Origin: a virus
Taxonomy: Duplodnaviria > Caudoviricetes
Virus record (IMG/VR): IMGVR_UViG_3300049167_000081
Location: 1-47,930 of that record
Reading direction: 5' to 3' (one strand)
DNA: 47,930 nt
In this document: positions 25,870 through 35,737 of the stretch, one piece after another
Layout of the letters: each line of letters opens with the position of its first letter
Numbering within the stretch: the first letter of the stretch is position 1
The notes under the pieces: generated by a model
Told to the model about the DNA's origin: nothing
What the model saw: only the letters and a program-made list of their open reading frames with translations
The model's database searches: none
Translations under genes and position numbers: made by a program

Positions 25870-28386
25870 TCACTTGCCCTTCTGTCCGAGCACTGCCTGC
25901 ACGTTGCCGCCCCGGGCGCGGATCTCCTTACTCAGGGGATCGATGAGGACCTGGCCGATGTACCGGTCGGCGATGCTGAGGTTGATCACGATCGGACGGT
26001 TGTCGCCCCCGCCAGTGGTGAGCATCCGACGCGTGTCGGGGTTGGAGCGCACTGTGCTGCCGGGGGCGAGGTTGACCAGCTCCGGGCCTTGCTCGCCGAC
26101 CAACGTCATCCGGGAGCGGGGGCCGCCGCCGGCCGCGCCGATGATGCCGCCGTGGGCGTAGCCGAGTTCGGTGCCGTGCGAGCCTTCGCGGCGGGCCTGG
26201 AGGTGGGTGACGACGTAGGTGTGCGAGGTCTTGCCGTTGATGGCGTCGAGTTCACGGCGGGCCTTGGCGATGGCCTGCTCGAGCTGGTAGATGTCCGCGC
26301 GAACCTTCGCCTTGCGGGAGTCCGGGACGGACTTCAGGCGGGCCTTGGCGCGGTCCAGTTTCGACTGAAGATCTTCCATGTTGCCGCGCAGGCGCGCGGT
26401 CTTGTCCGGCGTGCGGAGGATCTGGTCAGCGAGGCTCTTGGCCTTGCCCTTGGTGTCCTCCATCTGGCCACCGGCCTTGAGCAGTGCAGCCCGGCCCCGG
26501 TCGTAGATGGCGTTGACCTCTTCCCAGGAGGCGCCGTTCTCGCGGGCGGACTCGGCCGCCTTGATCGTGGTCGCCGCGATGTCGTCCAGCGCCTGGTTGT
26601 TGGCCCTGCCCTTCTCGGTGTTCTCGTCGAGAGTGCGGCCGTTCTCCTTCAGCGCCTCGTCGGCAGCGTCGATTGCGGCCTCCATGCCGCGGATCCCGCC
26701 GCGGGCAATCAGCACGGCATTGGACAGGGCATTGATCGACTGGGCCAGCCCGTCGGCGGACGACTTCTGTGCGTCCAATTTGCCCTGCACGGCCAGGGCC
26801 TGCTCCCCGAAGAGGCCCATCGCCTGCGCGGCCAGCTGCTCCTCGAACGCCAAGTCCTCGAGGGACACCTTGTAGGCGTCGAGCCGGGTGCGCAGCTCGT
26901 CCGTGCTGAGGCCCTTCTCCCGCGCCCGTGCGGCGAACACCTCAAAGGCCGCTGCCGCCTGCTCCGCGTTCCCGCTCTTGACCAGGTTGGCGAGGCCCTG
27001 GTCGACGTCGTCGATGACGCCCTTCCACCGCTTGACCGGGGTGGAGTCCTGGCCGAAGAAGTTGGTGAAGCCTTGCTGGATCTGGTCCCACTGGTCTGGG
27101 CGGGCCAGGCCACGGAGCGCCTCGTCGAACTCGCTGAAGTCCTTGCCGACAGCCTTCAGTGATTCGCCGGACAGCTTCCCCGAATCGCCGAGCCGGGCCA
27201 GCGACGTGGACATCTTTTCCATGTCGATCGGCGCACGCTTGCCCACATTCATCAGCTCTGTGACAGCGACGACGAGCAGGCCGATACCAGTCGCGGCGAG
27301 CGCGAGTTTCGCCGTCCGCGACAGGGCCATGAACGCGGCCGACAGCTGCCCCACCCTGGTCGCGCCGGTGCCGGCTGCGGTGCGCATGGCGATGATCTGG
27401 GTGGTGATGGCTTGGATCCCGACGCCGACTGCGGCGAACCCGGCGGCGGCAATCTTGATGGCCTTGAAGGCGATCGCGACCTGCAGCAGTGTGGTGAGCA
27501 GGCCGGTGGGGATTGAGGCGACGAGGTCGGCGAAAACGTTGATCACTTGGAGCATGCCGACGCCTACGTCGGATGCGGAGACCAGCAGCTTGGTGAGGGC
27601 TTGGGCGAGGTTGCTGAGGGTGTCGCCGACGAGGGGGCCCTGCGCCCTCGCGTAGTCCATGAACTCGCGCAGGTTGCCGCCGACCTCACCGGTGTTCATG
27701 GCACGCACCAGCTCGATCAGGCCGTTGTTGGCCTTCTGAAGGGCGCCGGTGGAGAAGTCGGCGAACGACTTCATGAACTGGTCGAACGCGCTGCTCTCGA
27801 TGCCGCCGGCCGCGATCGTCATGAAGCGGTCCAGTTCCTGGCTGGCGCCCTTGACGACGGGTGTGAGCTTCGGGAACAGGCCCCCCAAGGTCGCCATGCC
27901 CTTGGTGAGGACCGGCATCGTGTCACCGGCGAGCGAGGCGCTCCAGTCCTTGTACTCGTCCTTCAGTACCGACAGGGCGGCCGCGGCTTCGCGGGTCGCC
28001 GGGGGCAGTTTCTGCACCGATTGGAGGTACGCCTTCTCTGCCTGGACGGCTTCCTTCGACGACGCCCCGTGCTCCTCAACAGCGTCGGTGTACTTCTTCT
28101 CCGCGTCGGCCGCCTCGCCCATCGCGGCAACCTGAGGGCCGAGCGCTGCACCGAACGCGGCCACGGCTACACCGGCCGCCCCTAGGCCGGCAGCAAGCGG
28201 GGCTGCTGAGGCTGCGATGGGGATGAGCGCCGGGGCGAAGCTGAGAGCAGTCCCGGTTACCGATCCCAAGGACTTGTCCATGTCCTTCGCGCCGCGGGTG
28301 AGCCGGTTCAGGGAGTCGTTGACGGAGGTGATGCCGGCGCGTGTCTGGTCGCGGACGCGGACGACGATGCTCACGGTGTCGGCCAT
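25870..28386 (-). CDS. tape measure protein
   Basis: 838 aa Ala-rich helical, C-terminal AHGGII...VGEQGPELV; follows the chaperone. Confidence 0.9.
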   Translation of the reverse strand: MADTVSIVVRVRDQTRAGITSVNDSLNRLTRGAKDMDKSLGSVTGTALSFAPALIPIAASAAPLAAGLGAAGVAVAAFGAALGPQVAAMGEAADAEKKYTDAVEEHGASSKEAVQAEKAYLQSVQKLPPATREAAAALSVLKDEYKDWSASLAGDTMPVLTKGMATLGGLFPKLTPVVKGASQELDRFMTIAAGGIESSAFDQFMKSFADFSTGALQKANNGLIELVRAMNTGEVGGNLREFMDYARAQGPLVGDTLSNLAQALTKLLVSASDVGVGMLQVINVFADLVASIPTGLLTTLLQVAIAFKAIKIAAAGFAAVGVGIQAITTQIIAMRTAAGTGATRVGQLSAAFMALSRTAKLALAATGIGLLVVAVTELMNVGKRAPIDMEKMSTSLARLGDSGKLSGESLKAVGKDFSEFDEALRGLARPDQWDQIQQGFTNFFGQDSTPVKRWKGVIDDVDQGLANLVKSGNAEQAAAAFEVFAARAREKGLSTDELRTRLDAYKVSLEDLAFEEQLAAQAMGLFGEQALAVQGKLDAQKSSADGLAQSINALSNAVLIARGGIRGMEAAIDAADEALKENGRTLDENTEKGRANNQALDDIAATTIKAAESARENGASWEEVNAIYDRGRAALLKAGGQMEDTKGKAKSLADQILRTPDKTARLRGNMEDLQSKLDRAKARLKSVPDSRKAKVRADIYQLEQAIAKARRELDAINGKTSHTYVVTHLQARREGSHGTELGYAHGGIIGAAGGGPRSRMTLVGEQGPELVNLAPGSTVRSNPDTRRMLTTGGGDNRPIVINLSIADRYIGQVLIDPLSKEIRARGGNVQAVLGQKGK

Positions 28387-28616
28387 GGCTCACCTCCATC
28401 AACGTCGGTGTCGGGGGCGCCGAGCTTCTCGATTTGCAGGAGCCCGTACAGGGAGGCGTCCTCAGCAAGTAGCTGGCTGGGCAGGCAGTGGAAGCGCTCG
28501 CACAGACCGAGCACGGTGCGGGCGTAGATCAGCTCGCGAGGGGGCTCGACACGGTTTCCATAGGAATCGATGCCTCCAGGGACGGCTCGCCATCGGGCGA
28601 TGGCCGCTCCAAAGGG
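28371..28616 (-). CDS. tail assembly chaperone GT extension (-1 frameshift)
   Basis: C CCT TTG slippery heptamer at 28616-28610; -1 frame reads ...LCERFHCLPSQLLAED. Confidence 0.72.
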   Translation of the reverse strand, partial: PFGAAIARWRAVPGGIDSYGNRVEPPRELIYARTVLGLCERFHCLPSQLLAEDASLYGLLQIEKLGAPDTDVDGGEPWPTP

Positions 28617-28936
28617 GCCGACAGGCCGCCCTTCAAGGCGTTGATCCAGTGCGTGGCGAGCATCAGCATCAGCTCTTGGTCCTGGGCGTAGACCGCCTCC
28701 GGGGTGGCGGGCACCGGCTCGCCGGTCTCCTCGTCCTCGAGGTTCCACTCGATGAGAGACTCGGCGAACCTTTGCAGCTGGTCGCCGAGGGTGCTCTTGT
28801 CGACGGCGCCGATGCCCTGGATCTCGAGGAAGCCACCGAGGCTCATGCCCCGGAGTGACACCTCGAGGCCGTGGTACTCGTGGCCCTCCTCGAAGGCGAT
28901 GTCGATGCGCTTCTTCTTGTGGCGGTAGCCGGCCAT
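28529..28936 (-). CDS. tail assembly chaperone G
   Basis: LIEWNLEDEETGEPVPAT motif; between tube and tape measure genes. Confidence 0.82.
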   Translation of the reverse strand: MAGYRHKKKRIDIAFEEGHEYHGLEVSLRGMSLGGFLEIQGIGAVDKSTLGDQLQRFAESLIEWNLEDEETGEPVPATPEAVYAQDQELMLMLATHWINALKGGLSAPLERPSPDGEPSLEASIPMETVSSPLAS

Positions 28937-28961
28937 GGCGGGCCCCCCTTCTCGTAGTGGG

Positions 28962-29369
28962 TCAGGACCAGGTGGGGACGGTGCCGTCGGACAGGACGCC
29001 GGGCACGGCCCACGTGAGCTCGCCGGAGTCGGCGCGGGTGAGCGGGTAGTCGGTGAACAGGCACTCGTTGGCGAGGGTCTGGCCGCTCACGGTGAGGGTC
29101 ACGGTCCGCGCGACGCTGGTCGACGGGACGGTCTTGAACACAGCGTGGCTCGCGCCGGCCGCGTCGTTGTAGACGCCGTTGAGCGTGATCGAGAAGTCGG
29201 CGAGCAGCAGGATGCGCTCCATCGCGGACTTGTCGATACCGGTCACGTCCTGCACCGCCCGCGGCGTGGCGAACTGGAGGTTGGTGACGTCGTTCTTGAT
29301 GGCCTGGACGGACCCAGAGGCGTCATCGACGCTGCACGTGGTCCATCCGATGCCGCTCTCCTTGGCCAT
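28962..29369 (-). CDS. tail tube-like protein (short paralog)
   Basis: DVTGIDKSAMER, beta-rich, immediately before the chaperone. Confidence 0.7.
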   Translation of the reverse strand: MAKESGIGWTTCSVDDASGSVQAIKNDVTNLQFATPRAVQDVTGIDKSAMERILLLADFSITLNGVYNDAAGASHAVFKTVPSTSVARTVTLTVSGQTLANECLFTDYPLTRADSGELTWAVPGVLSDGTVPTWS

Positions 29370-29375
29370 GGCTGG

Positions 29376-29810
29376 TCATCCCTTCTGCTGCTGGTCGGCG
29401 ATGCGCTGCTGGTGCTCGCCGAAGTCTTCGACCCAGTCGATGGGGCGCTGGTGCTGCCGGGCGCGGCCAGTGGGGTTGCCGCGCCAGTCGCCGTCGCGGA
29501 CCGCGTACAGCTCGGGCCGGGTCTTGTGCTCGGCGAAGCACCGTTGGTGGGCCTCGAACCGGAACACCGTGAGGCCGTCGCCCCGCTTCTGCTCGCGGAA
29601 CGTGCGGCCGGCCTTGAGTCGGATGTAGGCGGCCTGGTCGCGGCCGAGGGGGGTGGTCTCGTCGATGACGGACTCCCAGCCGTGCATCCACGCCGGGCAG
29701 GCGACCTGCTCGCAGGCGGCCTTGACGAGGACGTCGGCGGGCTGGGTGATGCTGTACGTCTGGTAGGCGTGCACCGGGTGCAGGGGGTCGATGCGGTTGA
29801 TCGGTCTCAC
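29376..29810 (-). CDS. hypothetical protein in the tail module
   Basis: GAGGAGGAG RBS; CEQVAC...CFAEH possible metal ligands. Confidence 0.7.
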   Translation of the reverse strand: MRPINRIDPLHPVHAYQTYSITQPADVLVKAACEQVACPAWMHGWESVIDETTPLGRDQAAYIRLKAGRTFREQKRGDGLTVFRFEAHQRCFAEHKTRPELYAVRDGDWRGNPTGRARQHQRPIDWVEDFGEHQQRIADQQQKG

Positions 29811-29821
29811 GGCTCCTCCTC

Positions 29822-30568
29822 TCAGAAGGTGGTGGCGACTTCGTTGCGGATGACGGACACGGCGAACACGGCCTCGGTGAAAGTCCCGGTGGTGACGACG
29901 CGGAGGTAGCGTTCGATGGTCTGGCCGGCGGCGGTGGCGATCCGCTGGCTGGTGATGCCGGTCGCTGCGGTGAACGCGCCGCCGGTGACATCGGCCCAGG
30001 CGTCCGCGCCGCCGTTGTCGCTGGACTCCTGGAGCTTCACCGTGACGCTGGTGCCGGTGAAGCTGAAGACGTGGAGGTAGGCCTGCAGCCCGAAGGCGGT
30101 GGAGCCGGTGCCGAAGTCGACGGACGCACCGTTCGTGGCGGTGGTGTCCGTGCGCTTCCCGGCGGTCATTGAGGTGCCCCACTCGACGCCGTAGCCGTTG
30201 GCGAGTGCCTCGACGGCGAAGGTGAATGCGCCGTCGTCTCCGCGGGTGCCGTCGTAGTTGGCCTGCTTCGCGACCAGGTTCGCCGACTGGCCGCCGGCCG
30301 CCGTGCCCCGGAAGTAGGAAAAAATGGCGTCGCCGGTGGGCAGCGACGAGAGCCGCGGGTGGGCCTGCGCGGCGGCGGGGTTGAAGTAGCTGGTGAACTG
30401 GAGGCGTCCGTCGCGGATGCCGCCCTTGCGCTCGAAGGCCGACTTGTTGATGGCGGTGAAGTCCAAGGGGGCGGGGCCGCCGCCGACGTTGCCGAGGGCG
30501 CCGATGTCGCCGGACAGGTCGTAGCCCGCCACGTACAAGTTGTCGCCGAGGCCGCTCTGCTTGGCCAT
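29822..30568 (-). CDS. tail tube-like protein (long paralog with extra beta domain)
   Basis: MAKQSGLG start, DFTAINKSAFER, Thr/Gly-rich C-terminal domain. Confidence 0.7.
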   Translation of the reverse strand: MAKQSGLGDNLYVAGYDLSGDIGALGNVGGGPAPLDFTAINKSAFERKGGIRDGRLQFTSYFNPAAAQAHPRLSSLPTGDAIFSYFRGTAAGGQSANLVAKQANYDGTRGDDGAFTFAVEALANGYGVEWGTSMTAGKRTDTTATNGASVDFGTGSTAFGLQAYLHVFSFTGTSVTVKLQESSDNGGADAWADVTGGAFTAATGITSQRIATAAGQTIERYLRVVTTGTFTEAVFAVSVIRNEVATTF

Positions 30569-31023
30569 CAGGAGGCCTCCGTCCACACATCGTTGATGAT
30601 CAGGGGCAGGGTGATGGCCGCGTGCCGGTACTCGGCGCCGTCGACAGTCACGTAGCCGAGCACGGCGCTGAGGCCTTCGCCTTCGGAGCCGATGAGGTCG
30701 ACCGCGCGCACCAGGCCACCGAGAGTGAAGTCGCCGCAGTAGGCGGTGAACAGGGTGTCGATCGCGTTGAACATGACCTGGTCGATGTCGTCCGCGGGCT
30801 CCATCTGCATTGACGCGAAGAGCTCCACCCTGAGGACAACCCGGGCCGAGAGAGAGGCGAGGCCGGAGGAGCGAATGCCGCCGATCCGGTCACCGGTGAT
30901 GGCGCAGGACAGGCCAGTGCCGGGCGGGTTCTTCGGGGCGTGCTGATTGACCTGGTCGAGGACTCCGACGCTCAGGGCGTGGGTGACGACCGCGTCGCGG
31001 ATGTCGGCAGTAGCGAGGCTCAT
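30568..31023 (-). CDS. tail terminator-like protein
   Basis: 151 aa, DFTLGGLV motif, synteny. Confidence 0.7.
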   Translation of the reverse strand: MSLATADIRDAVVTHALSVGVLDQVNQHAPKNPPGTGLSCAITGDRIGGIRSSGLASLSARVVLRVELFASMQMEPADDIDQVMFNAIDTLFTAYCGDFTLGGLVRAVDLIGSEGEGLSAVLGYVTVDGAEYRHAAITLPLIINDVWTEAS

Positions 31024-31421
31024 CGGAGCAGCCCCCTCGCCTGGTAGCGCTGGAGGAGCTGCATGGCAATCCGGTTCGCGTCACGGTCCACCAGGGGCTT
31101 GGTGCGGCGGAAGGTGGAGTAGCCGCGGAAGCGGGTGACCGGGTGGTTGCGGGAGCCGGTTCCCTCGAGCCACGGGCCGTAGACGACGCCCTGGTCCCAC
31201 ACCTCGTACCCGCCGCGCGCCCGGCGGACGGTGATCTTCGTGCGGTAGTAGGGGGTCTGCTTCTTCAGGACCTGGTTGAGGCGCCGGTCGACCAGGCGCT
31301 CGCCGTGCTCGGCGACGGCGTAGTTGAGGGCGTCGGAGTACTGGGAGGCAGCGCGCTGGAACCGGCCGTCACGGAACGGGCCCGTCCTGGTTGCGTTGAC
31401 GCGGACCTGGAAGCCAGTCAT
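31020..31421 (-). CDS. tail completion / HK97 gp10-like protein
   Basis: basic 133 aa with VYGPWLEGTG. Confidence 0.7.
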   Translation of the reverse strand: MTGFQVRVNATRTGPFRDGRFQRAASQYSDALNYAVAEHGERLVDRRLNQVLKKQTPYYRTKITVRRARGGYEVWDQGVVYGPWLEGTGSRNHPVTRFRGYSTFRRTKPLVDRDANRIAMQLLQRYQARGLLR

Positions 31422-32803
31422 CAGACCCCCCTGATGCGGGCCTTGCGGCCGACGGCGTCGTAGGTGGCCTGGCGCAGCGAGGCGAGCGCGCTGGTGTCCC
31501 GAGTGCGCTCTGAGGTGCTTTCTCCGGAGCGTCGCACGCGGGCGTAGCCGGCGTGCTCGTTGGTGAGGGTGCTGATCGCCTGGCCGATGACGAAGGTGCG
31601 CACGTCGCCGGGCGGGTTCCAGCGTTGAATGCTGGTGCCGCTGGCGTGGGTGGCCGCCGTGGTGCCGAGCGCTGCGCGTCGTACAGTCAGCGTCCGCGGG
31701 GCGTAGATGTCAGCGCCGGTGGTGTGGGCGGCGATGGTGCTGCCGTCCCAGGCGCGCTTGACGATCAGGTTGTTGCCTGCGATGTCGTCGATCCGCATCC
31801 GCTCGGCGTCAATGAGGATGACCTCGTCGACCGCGAAGCCGGACGCGTCGGCGACGGTGACGGTGACCGCGTTGTTTTGGATTGTGAGCCCGGCGCCGCC
31901 GAGATTCTGGCCGGTGTCGAGCATCGCCCGTGCGGTGACGATCATCCGTTCGGAGTCGACACGGAGGACGCTGCCGACGCCGACCTCTGCCGAGGTGTCT
32001 CCGTCGACGTCGACTGCGGTCTCGGACGCGTCGAGCGCTTCGGCGAGCAGGCCGACGGTGGTCTCGTCGTCGCGGTAGCCGTAGAGGCCGGTGATGGCGA
32101 TCTCGCGCTGGTGGGTGTCGCCGCCGCCGAACGCCGCAGAACTGGAGAGGTCGATCTCAATGCGGTTGTACGGGGGGCCCGAGCGGTTGGGCTCGAGGAA
32201 GAAGTCGTCCGAGCTGATCGTCTCGCCGCCGCTGGTGATCGTAGTGACGGAGATGAGCTCGTTGTCATCGAGCCACAGCCGCCACGGCCGCGCGGTCTGG
32301 GTAGGCCAGTCGAAGTAGCGGGTCGCCGCGACCGGGAAGAAGCGGCGGTGACACAGCTTCTCAACGTCCCGCGATGCGGCCTCGATCGCACGGTCCACCT
32401 GCCGGTTCACGCGGGCGGTCTCCTTGAAGTCGAGCGCGCCCTTCACCTCCTCGCGGGTGGCGTACCAGATGCCGGCCGTCGAAGTGTTCGTCGCCGCGGC
32501 GGTCGCCGGGGCGACGACGGTGACGGTCTCTGTCGCGGTAACCGCGTCGCCGTCGGACAGGCCAGACCACTGGACGAGGTATGCGCCAGCGGCGAGCACG
32601 GCGGCCGGGGTCCAGGTGTAGCCGTAGGAGCCGGTGCCGGGGTGGGTAACGCTTGTGGTGGTGGCGGTGAGCGCGGTCGCGCCGGTGCCGATGTTGGTGA
32701 TGCTGATCGTGGGTGTGGCGTCGAGGTCGGTGAGGGTGCCACCGTCGAAGTCGAAGAACTGGGCGAGGAGCGGCAGGGCTTGGCCTGCAATCACGGTGGT
32801 CAT
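31421..32803 (-). CDS. extended head-tail adaptor
   Basis: YATREEVK...AIEAASRDVEKLCHRRF gp6-like core with N-terminal Ig-like and inserted repeat domains. Confidence 0.75.
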   Translation of the reverse strand: MTTVIAGQALPLLAQFFDFDGGTLTDLDATPTISITNIGTGATALTATTTSVTHPGTGSYGYTWTPAAVLAAGAYLVQWSGLSDGDAVTATETVTVVAPATAAATNTSTAGIWYATREEVKGALDFKETARVNRQVDRAIEAASRDVEKLCHRRFFPVAATRYFDWPTQTARPWRLWLDDNELISVTTITSGGETISSDDFFLEPNRSGPPYNRIEIDLSSSAAFGGGDTHQREIAITGLYGYRDDETTVGLLAEALDASETAVDVDGDTSAEVGVGSVLRVDSERMIVTARAMLDTGQNLGGAGLTIQNNAVTVTVADASGFAVDEVILIDAERMRIDDIAGNNLIVKRAWDGSTIAAHTTGADIYAPRTLTVRRAALGTTAATHASGTSIQRWNPPGDVRTFVIGQAISTLTNEHAGYARVRRSGESTSERTRDTSALASLRQATYDAVGRKARIRGV

Positions 32804-33408
32804 GCGGTGCTCCCGTCCGTGATGAGGCCGAGGGCGTCGAGCGCGGTCAGGAGCGACGCGAGGGCGGTGCCGTCGGCGCGGGAGCCAGTTACGGTTTGCT
32901 GTGCGACCGGTTCGGCGCCGTGGAAGCCGAGCTGGTTCGCGGCAGCGTCGATGGTGTGCACGGCCGCGGAGTCCGCCGTCTCCGTAAAGATCCACTTGCC
33001 GATGGCGTGCGCCAAGTGCACCCCGGCCTCAAGGCGCAGGTAGGCGTGCTGCGTCCCGTCGAATGCCGCGCCGGAGAAGACGGAGAACATCCAATCCGAG
33101 CCGGTGGCTTCGCAGTCAAGGCGGGAGCCGAGGGGCCGGAAGCGGTAGCCCTTGCCCGCGCCGAGCACGGAGAAGTTGGCGTCGTCGACGACGACCGCGC
33201 CGGTGAACGTGGCGCCCGTCAGCAGGGCTCGCAGGGCGAGTGCCGCGTTGACCCCGTCGATGAGGCCGTCGACATAGCCCTTGGACGCTGCGGCGAGCGC
33301 CGTGTCGGGGGCGGAGTCGGGCAGCACGAGCTCGCCGGTCATGGTGTCGCCCGCGACGTCGACCTTGCGTGCGTCGCCGGTGGTGCTGGTGTATCCGGTT
33401 GCGGTCAT
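32800..33408 (-). CDS. hypothetical virion protein
   Basis: KVDVAGDTMTG, AASKGYVD, LLTALDALGLITD fibre-like motifs. Confidence 0.7.
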   Translation of the reverse strand: MTATGYTSTTGDARKVDVAGDTMTGELVLPDSAPDTALAAASKGYVDGLIDGVNAALALRALLTGATFTGAVVVDDANFSVLGAGKGYRFRPLGSRLDCEATGSDWMFSVFSGAAFDGTQHAYLRLEAGVHLAHAIGKWIFTETADSAAVHTIDAAANQLGFHGAEPVAQQTVTGSRADGTALASLLTALDALGLITDGSTA

Positions 33409-33426
33409 GCTGCCGTCCTCCCTTCT

Positions 33427-33837
33427 CTACTCGTCAGTGCTGGCCGAGGTGTCGGCCGTCTGGTCGCCATCCGTCGAAGGGGCAGTAGAGCTGCCCGTCG
33501 TGGCCTTCGCGGAGCGGCTCCCCGTCTTCGGGGCACGCTTGCGGGGGCTCGACTTGCTGGGCTCGGAGCTCGTCGGCGGCTTCGCGGAGGATGTCTCGGA
33601 GCTGCTCCCAGCTGATGGCGGCACCTCCTCGCCGGGGGCCGGTGCCGCCGCCCGGGGGGTTTCAGCGGCGACACCGGCGTTCGAGGGCCCGCCGTGGCGG
33701 GTGATCTTTGGCATGCTGTTGTCTCCTCGGTACGGATCGCGGCCCTGCTCCTCGCCGCGCTCCGACCCGCAGTGGGGGCACCGAGGTGCTCCCACCGCGT
33801 AGGCCGCAGTGCAGTCCAGGCAGATCCGCAGAGTCAC
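33427..33837 (-). CDS. Zn-ribbon plus low-complexity protein
   Basis: CLDC...CPHC then S/T/A/P-rich tail; internal RBS and ATG at 33714. Confidence 0.6.
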   Translation of the reverse strand: MTLRICLDCTAAYAVGAPRCPHCGSERGEEQGRDPYRGDNSMPKITRHGGPSNAGVAAETPRAAAPAPGEEVPPSAGSSSETSSAKPPTSSEPSKSSPRKRAPKTGSRSAKATTGSSTAPSTDGDQTADTSASTDE

Positions 33838-34337
33838 AGCAGGTCGGCCAGCAGTTCAGGCGACCGCTGGTCCGTCAGGTCGTAGGTGATCGCGAGGACG
33901 CAGCCGAGCTTTCCGGCCGTCGCGCCGGCGTCCGTGCTGTTCACGGACACCCACTCGAAGCCGTCGGACAGGGACTTGGCGGACACCTCGATGACCGCGA
34001 TGACCTGTGCTTCGCCCTCGTCGTCGCCGAGGTCGACCTCAGAGGCCGCGGTCTGCGTGTGCTTGACCCACTGCTCGTCGTTGTCGAGCGTCGTCTCCCG
34101 CTTCGAGAACCAGCGGGTCACGACGTTGAGGTCCTGCGACGTGCCGGCCGAGGCGGCGTTGTGCTCCTGGACGTCCAGGTCGACGTCCTCGCCCGCCGTG
34201 CCGGCGTCCGCGAAGTACACGAACGCGACGCCTTGGCAGGCCTTGAGGTGGACGCGGTTGCCGGTGACGGCGCCGCCGGACAGGTCGACGGGCGCGATCC
34301 CCGATGCGATGTTGAAGAGCCTTCCGAGCGCTTCCAT
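33834..34337 (-). CDS. capsid decoration / cement-like protein
   Basis: 167 aa acidic beta-rich protein right after the capsid gene. Confidence 0.65.
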   Translation of the reverse strand: MEALGRLFNIASGIAPVDLSGGAVTGNRVHLKACQGVAFVYFADAGTAGEDVDLDVQEHNAASAGTSQDLNVVTRWFSKRETTLDNDEQWVKHTQTAASEVDLGDDEGEAQVIAVIEVSAKSLSDGFEWVSVNSTDAGATAGKLGCVLAITYDLTDQRSPELLADLL

Positions 34338-34361
34338 GATGTGTCTCCTCCAGAGCGCCGG

Positions 34362-35726
34362 TCAGGCGGCGAGCTTGACGATGGGGCTGAGGGTGTCGCC
34401 GCCGTTGGCGGGCGTGATCGCGGACTGCAGCCACGGACGACCGTCGACCCGCTCGATGATGCGGAAGGCGACCTCGTCGGTCTCGAAGTACCGCTCCTCC
34501 GACTGCTTGGCCTGCATCGCCTGCCGGTCACCGATCAGGTAGAACCCGAAGTCGATCAGCGACAGGTCGCCGGCCGAGCCGGACGCGGGGGCCTTCTCGG
34601 TGAAGACGACCGGCCGACCGAGGAGGGTCATGGGCGGGGCGCCGATGGCCTGCCCGTTGCTCATCCACATGGCCGGGGAGGCGATGCCGTCGGTGCCGCG
34701 GGTGAGGGCGAGCTGTGCGAGGGACGGGAAGGTGTCGATCGAGGCCACCCACACGGCGCGTGCCAGGGACTGCGGCAGCATCCGCGCGTACATGTTGATG
34801 ACGTCGGCGAACTCGATGTCGTTGCCGGAGGCGGTGCGGCTGACGCTGATGGCGGCGTTGCCGTTGAGGACGCCGAGGGGCTTGCCGACTCCGTCGCCGG
34901 TGAGGAAGGCCGTGTCCTCAAAGAACGCGAGCGCCTCGGGGAACATCTGGTCGATCAGAGCCGAGAGGCTGACGAGGCTGTCGGCGAGCAGCTCGGAGGG
35001 GACCTTCGCGAAGGCGGTGAGCTTCTTCGCGTCGAGGACGATGCGGGAGAACCGTGCCTGCGACTCGGTGAGCTGGCCACCCTCCTCGGTCCAGTATCCG
35101 GCGATACCGCCGTACACGGAGCTGACGTTGCTGGTGGAGTCGACCGCCGGGAACGGGACGCGCAGCGACTCCATGGGGATGACGCGGGCGCGGGGGCGGA
35201 CGATCGACGACTCGAGGGCGACGCGCAGGAGTTCGGAGCGCAGCGTCTCGGGGATGAGGAACCCACCGTCGGACGGCACGTCACTGGAGAAGTTGCGGAG
35301 CTTCTCCAGCTTCGCGGACATCTCCGGGCTGTCCTTGTCTGGGTTGGAGCGGTAGATCGCCTTGAAGAACTCGCCGGAGGTGTTGAACAGTCCGTCGACC
35401 TTGGCGCCGATCGCGTTCCGGTTGTAGAGGCCCTGCGACTGCTGCGCCTTGGCGACGTTGGCGTAGGGGTCCGCGACCTTCGGGTCCATGTTGGGGCGCT
35501 TGACGCCCTCGCCGCCGTTGTCCTTGAGGAAGGCAGCGAACTGCTTCTGCGTCTCCTCGGCGACGAGCCGGTTGAGGTCGGTGCCGTCGCCCTGCTGCTT
35601 CTGGGCGTAGGAGTCGATGAACGTGGTCAGGGCCTCGCCGCTGGCGAGGATGTCCTTGCACTTGGCCGGGTCGGCCAGCATTTCCGCGAGCTCCGTGGAG
35701 TTGCGCGGGACGGTGGGAGTTGCCAC
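34362..35726 (-). CDS. HK97-fold major capsid protein
   Basis: DGGFLIPE, WTEEG, FLTGDGVGKPLGVL, LLGRPV, FRIIERVDG; AAGGAGG RBS before GTG. Confidence 0.95.
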   Translation of the reverse strand: MATPTVPRNSTELAEMLADPAKCKDILASGEALTTFIDSYAQKQQGDGTDLNRLVAEETQKQFAAFLKDNGGEGVKRPNMDPKVADPYANVAKAQQSQGLYNRNAIGAKVDGLFNTSGEFFKAIYRSNPDKDSPEMSAKLEKLRNFSSDVPSDGGFLIPETLRSELLRVALESSIVRPRARVIPMESLRVPFPAVDSTSNVSSVYGGIAGYWTEEGGQLTESQARFSRIVLDAKKLTAFAKVPSELLADSLVSLSALIDQMFPEALAFFEDTAFLTGDGVGKPLGVLNGNAAISVSRTASGNDIEFADVINMYARMLPQSLARAVWVASIDTFPSLAQLALTRGTDGIASPAMWMSNGQAIGAPPMTLLGRPVVFTEKAPASGSAGDLSLIDFGFYLIGDRQAMQAKQSEERYFETDEVAFRIIERVDGRPWLQSAITPANGGDTLSPIVKLAA

Positions 35727-35737
35727 AGGTGCCTCCT

